A stretch of DNA of 64,000 bases, taken from contig JAEHCQ010000001.1 in assembly GCA_020696385.1 (NCBI GenBank), forward strand, positions 64,001 through 128,000. Reading direction: 5' to 3'. The notes below the pieces were generated by a model. That model saw only the letters and a program-made list of their open reading frames with translations, did not search any database and was not told the origin of the DNA. Position numbers and translations under genes: made by a program. Shown here piece after piece: positions 30,601 to 42,600 of the stretch (positions within the stretch are counted from its first letter, which is position 1; each line of letters opens with the position of its first letter). This stretch comes from Methanobacteriota archaeon (GTDB taxonomy: Archaea; Thermoplasmatota; Thermoplasmata; SG8-5; JAGLSY01).

Positions 30601-33600
30601 GCCAACGATCATGGTCAATGGATCTGGAGATACCACGATATGGTCAAGGGAGCCTGCCACTATCTGCACAGTGGCAGAGGCATTTATCGTGCCATTCATT
30701 GCCATGACATATCCACTACTGGGGATCGTCTGGGCGATGAACTGACCGGATGCATCCACGGATCCGGAATCCGTTGTCCAGACAAAGTCAATACCGGGCA
30801 TGATATTATTGTAAATATCAAAGCCAATAGCGGTAAATAGCAGGGTGTCTCCAGCCTCAACGATAGCTGTGTTCGGCACGATGCTGATATGATCGAGAGC
30901 TCCAATTAAGATCTCCACATTGGAAGTTCCGCTCATCGTATCATTGGTCGCGGTCACCAAGCCTATTCCTGGAGTGGTTCCTGCAGTGAAATAACCAGTT
31001 GCATTTATGGTTCCAATATCAGTGGTCCAGACAAAATCATAGCCTGGCATGATATTGTTGTAAACGTCATAGGCAATTGCCGTAAATTGCCTAGTTCCTC
31101 CTACGATGATGTTCAATGGATCAGGGGTCACATCGATATGATCCACAACACCCATGGTTATTTCCACATTGGCAGTTGCTGATACTCCTCCGCTTGTGGC
31201 ATTGACCCAGCCGATTGCTGGATTTGTCTGAGCAGTGAACCAGCCAGTTGCATTTGCAACCCCCACAGTCGTACTCCAAAGGATTGTCGCATCAGGTATG
31301 AGATTATTGTAAACATCATAGGCAGTTGCCGTGAACTGAGTGCTCTCACCAACAGTCACATTGACAAGGATCGGAGTGATTATCATGGAATCAACAGGCC
31401 CAACGACAATGTCCACGCTGGCAGTATCAGAAACAGAGCCATTGGTCGCTGTCACGATGCCAGAGCCAGGAGTGGTCTGGGCAGTGAAGAGGCCGAAGCC
31501 ATCTATTGAACCAGAATCCGTGGTCCAGATGAGATCCACTCCCAATACTACATTATTGAAAGTATCATAGCAAATGGCAGTGAAAGCATTGGTCTCACCC
31601 ACCACCACGGTTGTCGTGTCTGGAGATATGATGATATAAGCCAATGCACCTGCCGCGACACTCACCGTGGCGGAGTATGTCACTGTATTGTTCCTGGCAG
31701 TGACTATTCCAACTTCGGGTAATGCCTGGGCTGTGAAAAGACCAGATGCATCTATTGTTCCCACGTCCGTGGTCCAGGTGAAATCCACACCTGAAAGAAC
31801 ATTGTTAAAGACATCGTAGGCAATTGCGGTAAAGGTCTGTGTGCCTCCGACCATGACTGAAACAGGATCTGGATTAACAATGATGTGATCGACAGACCCG
31901 GTAACGACATCGACTACCGCGGTGGCCGATACAGAGCCATTGGTAGCTGAAACAATGCCTGCGCCAGGTACGGTCTGGGCAGTTAGAGTGCCAGTTCCAT
32001 CAATGGCCCCAATATCAGTGGACCAGACAAAGTCAATACCTGAAATGAGATTATTATAGATATCATACCCGGAGGCTGTGAATGTCACTGAACCTCCTAC
32101 TATGACTGTTGCCGGGTCTGGAGATATGATTATATGATCCAGTGCCCCAACAAGGACCTCGACATCTGCTGATTCGGATATGGTTCCATTCGATGCGGAG
32201 ACAATGCCTGTACCGGGCATTGTCCGGGCAGTGAAGAGGCCAGTACCATCGATGGTTCCGACATCGGTGGACCATGTGAAGGAAACACCTGGCAAAATAT
32301 TATTGTAAGTATCATAGGCAATGGCGCTGAAGGCCTGAGTACCTCCGACAGTGATCGAGGCGGAATTCGGAGATACGATGATATGATGGATACTTCCCAA
32401 AACAATATCCACAATTGCTGAATAACTTATTGTGCCATTGGTCGCTGTGACAATTCCTGTACCTAGAGCTGTCTGGGCAGTGAAGAGACCGGATGCGTCT
32501 ATCGAACCCGCATCCGTTGTCCAGGTGAAATCCACACCAGACACGACATTATCGAATACATCATAGGCAATGGCCGTGAACAGTTGATCACTTCCTACCT
32601 CGACGGTCGCTGGATCGGGGGTCACCATGATATGATCGAGTGCTCCTACTTTAACATCCACAGATGCCGAGCCAGATACTGTACCGTTTGTCGCGGTCAC
32701 TATACCATTCCCAGGACTGGATTGTGCAGTGTATTGTCCGAAGGCATCTATCGACCCCACATCCGTGCTCCAGCTGAAGACCACGCCAGGCATAATATTG
32801 TTATAAGCATCGTAGGCGGTTGCGGTGAAAGACCGGGTTCCGGCAACCTCGACCTGGATCGAGTCCGGGGTGACCACAATACGGTCCAAAGGCCCCAGAA
32901 CGATATCCACAGTTGCTGAATCATAGACCAGGCCTATGCTTACATTGACGATCCCCGCGCCAGGTACGGTATGGGCAGTGAAGTAGCCAGTTGAGTTAAC
33001 CACACCGACATCCGTACTCCATACGAATGGTGCATTTGGAATTATATTACTGTAAACATCATGAGCAATTGCTGTGAATTGCAAAGTATCTCCAACAGCA
33101 ATTGCTGCCGGGTCAGGTGAAACGGTGATGGTATCGACATCACCGACTATGACATTCACCACGACAGTACCAGTTACGGTTCCATTGGTCGCGGTCACTA
33201 TCCCTGCGCCAGGTACGATCTGAGCCGTGAAGTAACCTGTTGAATTGACAGCTCCCACATCCGTATTCCATACAAAATCCATTCCAGGTATGACATTATC
33301 ATGAATATCATAGGCGGTTGCCATAAATAATTGGCTTTCGCCCACTTTGATCGTTGCCGGATCTGGTATGACCACGATATGATCGACGAGGCCAGGAATA
33401 ACATCCACGGTTGCTGTCGCACTTACCGAACCATTGACTGCGGTAACCTGGCCACTGGCAGGAGTGGTTTGTGCGGTTAAGAGGCCGGATGCATCTATTG
33501 CACCGACATCCGTGAACCAGATAAAGGTGGCACCGGGTATCGGATTATTGAAAATATCGTATGCGGATGCTGTGAAAGCCTGGATTGAGCCAGCAATAAC

Positions 33601-36600
33601 AGTCGCAGGGTCAGGAGTGATGATGATATGATCAACTGTTCCCTCAATGACATTGGTAACTGAACTTCCTGTGATCGAGCCATTGGTTGCATTTACAAAG
33701 CCAGAATCCGGTGTGATCTGGGCGGTGAAGAGGCCATTGGCATCGATCGAGCCCACATCCGTACTCCACACAAAGTCGATCCCCAGCAGAGGATTGTCAT
33801 AAATATCATAGCCTATGGCTGTGAAGACCTGCAGCTGACCTACAAGGATCGATGCAGGGTCTGGTGTGACAAGGATATGATCCAACACATCCGCCATCAC
33901 ACTGACAGAGGCCGAGCCAGAGAATGTTCCGTTAGTGGCAGTGACAGTTCCGATCCCGGGTGAGGTCTGAGCTGTTAATTGACCGGATGCATCTATCGAG
34001 CCCATGTCCGTCGACCAAGTGAATACAATACCAGGAACCACATTGTCATGAACATCATAGGCCACTGCAGTGAATGCCTGGCTTCCCCCGACCGTGATCA
34101 TAACTGGGTTCGGGCTTACGATGATCTCATCCACGGATCCGGGAATCACATTGACAGTGGATGAATAACTGATCGAATTGTTCATAGCCATAACAAAGCC
34201 AGTAGCTGGGATGGTCTGGGCTGTGAGCAGACCAGTATCATCAATGGAACCGATATCGGTGGTCCAATCAAAATCATATCCGGAAATTACATTTCCATAA
34301 ATGTCATGGGCTGTCGCGGTGAACTGCTGAGTCATGCCAGCCCCCATCGTGATAGGATCAGGCGTGACCAATATATGATCAAATGAATCCGCGATAACAT
34401 TGACGTTCGCATTACCAGATACAGAGCCGTTCGTCGCCGTTGCGATACCTACGCTGACGATGGTCTGAGCTGTCAATAGCCCAGCAACATCTATTGTTCC
34501 AATATCCGTTGTCCATGTGAATTCGATGTTTGGAATGACATTGTTGTAGGTGTCATAGGCAGTTGCGGTAAATGATCGGGTTCCTCCAACCACCACGAAT
34601 GATGGATCGGGCAGAACCACAATGTGGTCCAGTACTCCAAGAACGACATCCACCGACAGACTTTTGCTTGTATTATATTGGAATGCACCGCCATCATGGA
34701 TCGTACCAATGGCATCAAAGTCATACATATCCTGGATCGATGGTGCCAGAAGATCGAAGTTGAATATCTGAGTTGTTCCGGAGAACCAACTCAGGTCGGA
34801 GCCTGCGGTATAATTGAATCTCAATGTCCTGCTTCCTCCCAGCCACTGGGATGTCCAGCCTGGCATGGTGTTGATATTTGATGGAGTTCCCCAATCGATA
34901 GGGATGATGATCTCCACCACATCCCCATCCGCATCTTGGAAAATACCATCGGTTCCGATATTTGTGACATTCAGGTAAAAGGTCTCGGTGGAATTGGATA
35001 TGATAGTATCGGGCCACATCACAAGGTCAAGAATAGGCGCATTCACCGCATCCACAATGACCGTGTTCGAAATGGCATTTTCAATATAGCCAGTATCGGT
35101 AGTTCCTGTAGCAAGGGCACCATTGTTCAATGAATATGCACCGACTCCAGCTGGTGATATGGAGACATCGAAAGATAGAGTTTCGATTCCCAAAGCCGGG
35201 ATGTTCAAAATGGTCCAGTCCAGTGTTGTTCCATCCCAATTCCATGATCCATCCGAGGCGACGACATTACCAACCCAGCTTATGCCTAAAGGCAGGGTAT
35301 CGGATATGATCACATTGTCAAGACCAAGTGTCGGATGTGCATTATACACCTCGATGGTCAATCGAACTGTCGTGGTACCACTGGCAGGAACCAAGACAAG
35401 ATCACTGGTCTTGGTCAAATTCAATACACCGCAGACAGATAGTGCCTCTGTCTGCGAAGGTGGTAGCATTACACCCAGATCATCGGTGTAATTTAGACTG
35501 GCCGTATTCATGAGAAGAGTTCCGTCCGGCACATCGGCATTCACCTGGGCCACGATCTGAACCGAGTGGATACCAGGGGGCACATCTGTCAAGGCCCAAC
35601 TAACAACTCCGCCGGATTCCGTACCGCCCCCGGTAGCGCTGCTAAATGTCACACCTACAGGTAGGGTGTCGTTTATCCAGACAAAGTCAGAAGGATCGGT
35701 ACCAGTATTATTGTAATAGATAGTGTAGGTTAAAGTATCAAGAGGATCGCTTATTGGTGCATCCACTATCTTTTCAATATCTATTCTTGTATTACTTATG
35801 GAAGTATTGACAATATTTGATATAACGGATTCATTATGTTTGATATTATTATCATTGATATATTCAGAGATGATCCGATTACTTATCATGGTACCGCCAG
35901 GTGTTCCATCAAGCACTTGTACGGTGATATTGAAATAGTAAACTCCAGGCATGACCGCGGGGATCTTCCAGGAATAATTATTGCCATTTATTATCGGAGA
36001 TACAGGAGCTGAATCTGAAACAAAGGACAGGTATTGATCAAAGGAATCGTTCACCCAAATGAACAATGCCATGCTCGAACCTGTATTATTGTAATAGATA
36101 GTGTAGTTCAACATATCTCCCGGTAGGGCTGTTGTTGCTGAGACCAGTTTATCGATCGAGATGACAGGTGCCGAGATAGTCACGGCAGCTGTATCATTGC
36201 TACCAGGAAGACTGATACCATCAATGTCAGTGTAGTTCATGAACACTTCATTGACTATGCTCTCATTCTCGATCACAGTATTGTCGATCTCCACATCGAC
36301 CCAGAACCAATGTAATCCAGGGGTGACATTGGTAAAGTGCCATGAATAATGACCATCCACGAATGTCCAGGGTACACTGGCATTGGAGTTCATGAATATG
36401 AGTGGTGCTGGCAGGGAATCATTCACCCATACATGGCCAGCATCCCCAATTCCTGTATTATTGTAATAAATGGTGTATCTCAGGCTGTCTCCCGAAGAGA
36501 TCGTACCCTTGGCTCCAGTAGCTGGGGCAGAGCCATGGCCAATGGCTGCTCCTATCGCCTGGAATATACCTATTAGCTCGGTCGCGGTCGGTGAATAGTA

Positions 36601-39600
36601 ATACTCTCCATAAGATGTATTTGACACCCTCCATAGATTGTACTCACTCGTACCGGATTCATTGGAGCCAGGACCATCATATGTCGCATTTATGCCATCG
36701 AACTCATTCGGAGCTGGCATGGTGTGGCGAACTGGTGTGCTTATGTTATCATAATGTTCCAGGCCAAGACCGATCGTGTAGATCGGAATATCAGAGTACA
36801 GCAGACCCTGACGCACACCCAGGTTGGTGGCGTTCATCCAGAGAGCACCCGGTGGATAGAGGGTGAAGGGGTATGCATATTTCCCAATGTGCCAGTTATA
36901 TGTGAAGGTGGGGAAGGCAGTGGAAGGATATGCTGGTGGGTCCATCGGATGCCATGGGCACCACGTGTCACTCGCACTTTCTACATTTCCTGATGCGGAC
37001 GAGTCCTTGGATTGATAATCAAATCCATCTGTGAGCGATACAACAGCGGGGTAGTGTCCAGCCCACTCGGGGTGGGTCGGATCGTTCTTGGCATTCCTGG
37101 TGCTCATGTAGGCTAATCCAGTTCCATCCCAAACCGGTGTCATCTGTCCTTCAGCAATGGTGTCTATCTCAGTGTTCACCGAGGTCCTTCCTGCAGCTGT
37201 GAGCGTGGTCATCTCTATTATTTCGACGATATTGGCTCCCTTTGTCGAGTATATACTGACGGCAGAGCTGTCACTCAGGTCTGAAATAAGGTTTTTCGCC
37301 CCTGCTTTCGCAACATCCAGCCACGATGCCCCTGTTGCATTGAATCGAGAGGTCATAGAGTCAGAGTTATCGATGAAGATACCAACAAGATTGTCCCCGC
37401 CTGTAGGGAGAATGGCGGTTGTGTTTATCTGGGCAATATCCAGCACATCCGCATCATTGAATGAAGTACCGATAATATAGGTGAATTCCTCCTGGCCCAC
37501 TACGGCAGTCAAAGGGATAGTTATGTTCACCATTATACTGATATTACCTCCATCGGCGGGTAATATTCCAGTATCCGGGAATGCATTGCCATTGGTATCC
37601 ACCAATGGACTCCAGTCGGAATTGAACAATTGAACAGGCCATTCCAATCGAGAAAGATAATCCATATCTACCGAATCAGCGATCGATTGGAGATTGGTGA
37701 TATTCACCATGTATGAGATCGTGGAGCCAACGGAAGTAGAGCCCCACTGGTTCGGCTCAACAACAATGTCCTTGAAGATACGCTCGACTGTCTTTGACAC
37801 TGCCATGCTTGGAAGATAGAACACTCTGGTTGTCGCATTGTCCATGGTCTCCGGAAGCAGGTGATCTGTGTTTGTTGTATAATTGCAGAATACCCAGTTT
37901 GTCAGTAGTACACCATTGCTCAGCCCGACATCTACACCGACCGTCATGGTGACCGAGGAGATACCTGGCAGTACATTTGAAAAGTGCCAGCTTACAATAC
38001 CGCCGGCTTCAATACCACCAGCGGATGCACTGATGAAGCTCACATTGGCCGGAAGGGTGTCATTAAGCCAGACATCCTGGGCCGTGGTCTCTCCACTATT
38101 ATTGTAATAAATTGTGTATGTGATAATATCACCTGACTCGGCCTTCGCGGGTGCAAGTTTTACAGGTGATATATTTGGTGATATGATATCGATACTGTCT
38201 GTGTCATTAAGCCAGGTATCCAAGATATCAGATGCTGTCAGTAACTGAGATGGTCTTGTGTAGAGGATCAGATCAGTGAATGTGAATGTTCCAGCATCAG
38301 GCCCTGTATAGGTGTGGCCTGCAGGCAGTACCGCGGGATATGGATCGGTGGAAGAAAGATCGATGGTACCTGCATAATCGGTCTTGACATTGCCATCTGC
38401 ATCATATACCGTCACCGTGACGCTGAAAAGCTCTCCGATAGTCACCTGGGACGGAGAGTCCAGTACTATGAAAGATGCTGCTCCAGGCAATACATTCACA
38501 CTGGCACTGTCCAATAAGCCTCCGTAATTACCAATGATCGTCCATGTGCCTACCTGGCCCGCACTGTAAACATTGAGCATGGTGGTTCCCAGAGGATCAT
38601 TATCCGTGAACACAGTGCCCGAGGTCACATTCCAGGAATTACCATTCGCATCATAAGCAATTGCCGTGTAAGAAACGATATCATCGGTGGTGATCGTGGC
38701 TGTTGCTGGAGAGATATCGATCGACACGGCCTGGCCATGAATTATGGTTATCGTCGCGCTTCCCGAAACACCACTATCATTGGCGTATATGGTCCAGGTC
38801 CCTACAATATCTGCGATGAAGTAACCGGAGGCACTGACTGAACCTCCACCATCCACTTCCCAAGCTGGAGATATTGGAACTAAATTATCATAAAGATCAT
38901 ATCCAGTAGCGATGAACTGCTTACCAGAATCTGCATTCATGGCCCATGGATCTGGAGATACGGTTATGCGATCCAATGGTCCGGCAATGACATTGACATT
39001 GGATGATCCAGATACAGAGCCATTGGTGGCCGTGACAGACCCCATGCCGGGAGTGGTCTGGGCAGTGAAGAAGCCAGTGGAATTGATAGAACCCACATCC
39101 GTACTCCAAATGAGGTCGATGTTCGTGATCAAATTACTATAAGCATCATAGGCCATGGCCATGAATTGCTGAGAATCCCCCACAATGATTGTGCAAGGGT
39201 CAGGTATGACGATGATGATCGCAATATCCCCGGGAACCACATCGACCACTGCAAAGCCAGTGACGCCACCAGAGGTGGCATTGACGAGGCCTGAGCCGGG
39301 AATGGTCTGGGCGGTAAGATAACCACCAGAGCTTACCACACCTACATTCGTATCCCATAAAAATATCGCGCCAGTGATCAAATTATTGTAAAGATCATAG
39401 GCCTCTGCCGTGAAGGTCTGGGATCCTCCAACCTCCACAGTGGCGGGGTCTGGGTTGATGATTATATGGTCAACGGGCCCCACAAGGACCTCGACATTGG
39501 CTGAGCCTGTAATTGTGCTATTGATCGCAGTTACGATCCCAATGCCTGGAATTGTCGCTGCGACGAAAAGACCAGATGTATCGATCGTGCCAATATCAGT

Positions 39601-42600
39601 GCTCCATGTGAAATTAACTCCGGGGATCACATTATTGTAAAGATCATAAGCTATTGCCGAGAAGGACTGAGACTCACCGACTACAACGGATGCTGGATCT
39701 GGTAAGACATCGATGTGGTCAATTGGACCAACCACGACATTGACAGCGGCTGAGCCAACTATTGAATTGTTCGTGGCAGTGACCGTTCCCGCCCCAGTCA
39801 TGGTCTGGGCTGTGAAAAGTCCTGAAGCATCTACAGTGCCCACATTGGAATTCCAAATGAGGCCAACTCCAGGGATAACATTATTGTAAAGATCATAGGC
39901 CACGGCTGTGAAGGCCTGGGAATCACCCACCACTACGATGGCAGGATCCGGGCTAATGATTATGTGGTCTACATCTCCAGAGATCACACTAACGGTGGCG
40001 AAGCCAGATACACTACTATTGGATGCAGTTACAAAAGCAGTTCCCGGTATCGTGGGAGCTGTAAAGAAGCCGCTTTGATCCACGGAGCCAATATTGACAC
40101 TCCAGACAAATTCCATGCCCGTGATGGTATTATTGTAAAGGTCATATCCAACAGCTGTGAAGGATTGGGTATCTCCAACGACAATTGAATAAGGATCCGG
40201 TGTGACAGATATGTGATCCAATGGACCAACGATGACATTCACAGCAGCCACTCCAGATATTGTATTATTGAAGGCAGTTACAGTTCCAGTTCCTGGTATT
40301 ATCTGGGCGGTGAAGGAGCCAAGCTGATCAATAGACCCAACATCCGTACTCCAGATGAAGCCCACACCGGGTATTGGATTATCATATCCATCATAAGCCA
40401 TTGCGGTAAATATCTGAGTATCACCAACTACTATATTGGCTGGATCGGGCAGTACAGTTATGTGGTCGATCTGACCGACAATGACATTGACCACCGCGAC
40501 ACCGTCCATGGTTCCATTGGATGCAGTTATCGAGCCAATTGCAGGAGTTGTCTGGGCTGTGAGACGACCTGAAGCATCGACCGTGCCCACATCCGTACTC
40601 CATGTGAACACAACACCTGGAATCGGATTATTATAGATATCATAGGCATTGGCCGAAAACTGATCATTCTGACCGACCTCGATATTGGCAGGATCGGGCG
40701 TGACATCGATGTGGTGAATGGCACTTGGTACTACATTCACCACCGCGGTGCCAGTTATCGAACCACTGGTTGCATTGACATAGCCAGTACCTGTGATCAC
40801 CTGGGCTGTGAAGACCCCTGCGAAGTTCACCACTCCCATATCCGTGGTCCAGAAGAAAGTGGCATTGGGTATGTGATTATTGTACACATCGTAGCCCATT
40901 GCTGTGAAGGGCTGTGAAAAGCCAACGACAACGGACACTGGAGATGGAATTATCTCAATGTGATGAAGAACATCTGCAAGGACTTCCACACTTGCAGAAC
41001 CCGTGACAGAGTTTGCAGTGGCATTGACGAAGCCATTACCCGATACAGTGAATGCTGTGAAGAATCCAGTGGAATTCACAACACCCAGACCAGTATTCCA
41101 AAAGAAGGAAACTCCGGGGATCGAATTATTGAAAGCATCGTAAGCCACAGCAGTGAATTGCTGTGTCTCTCCTATGTGGACCGAGACCGGACTGGGCATT
41201 ACCACGATGTGATCGATATCACCCAATATGACGAATACAGACGCATTGCCAGTTACGGAACCATTGGTGGCCTCCACAATACCGGTCGATGGTGTGATCT
41301 GAGCTGTGAAAAGTCCATTGTTATCAACAGAGCCAACATTCGTATTCCAATCGAAAGCCATGCCAGATATCGAATTATCATATTGATCATAACCAATTGC
41401 CGTGAATTGCTGACCCTGGCCGACCTGGATGGTTATTGGGTTCGGATCAATCTCAATGCGATCCACCAGATCGGGAACAAGGGTTACCGTGGCAAAGCCA
41501 GTGAAGGAATTATTGTATGCCTGGACCACACCCACACTCACTAATGTCTGGGCTGTGAAAAGACCATTGGCATCCACGGAACCAATGTCCGTGCTCCAAG
41601 TGAAATCCAATCCGGTTATCAGATTGCCATATATATCACGGGCCGTGGCAGTGAACTGTCGTGATTTCCCCACCACGACAGTTGCCGGGTCTGGTGCCAC
41701 GCTGAGATGATCTATCACGCCAGGAATAATTGATATCGGTACATTTCCAGATACCGAGCTATTGGTGGCGGAAACAATACCACTGCCCGGTGTAATCCGG
41801 GCAGTGAAGGTTCCGTTTACATCCACGGAACCAATGTCCGTGCTCCATGTGAAATCGATCCCCAACAGAGGATTATCATAGACATCGAAAGCCTCTGCGG
41901 TGAATGACTGACTGGCTCCCACGACCATTGTCAGTGGTGAGGGTGTCACGATGATATGATCTATCGGGCCTACCAGTACGGTGATGTTCGCAGTCACTGT
42001 CACCGAGCCGGATGTGACGCTCACTACACCAGTACCTGGCACAGTTTGAGCCGAGAAATAACCAGTGGAGTTCACAACCCCAGCTGTCGATGTCCAGAAG
42101 AGCAGTGGACTGGGTATGACATTATTGAATTGATCATAGACTGTTGCTGAGAACTGCTGGATATCGCCGACCATTATGGTCAATGTATTGGGGGAAATAG
42201 TGATATGATCCACGGTGCCGACAGACACTTCGACAAATGCGGTGCCTGTGAGGGTTCCATTGGTCGCTATCACGCTACCAATGGAAGGTGTGGATTGAGC
42301 TAAGAAGAAACCGGATGTGTCGATCGTACCCACATCCGTGCTCCAATCGAATAGCATTCCAGTGATCTCATTTCCAAAAGAGTCATATGCGGTCGCGGTG
42401 AATTGTTGCTGGCCTCCCACGGTCACGGAGATCGGATCAGGCATAACGTCGATATGATCCAATCCTCCAATCTCCGCGGTCACAAAGGCAGTTCCAGTGA
42501 TCGAATTACTGACTGCTGTCACCTCGCCAGTTCCGGGAATTGTCTGGGCAGTGAAAAGACCGGATGTGTCAATTGTTCCCACATCCGTACTCCATGTGAA

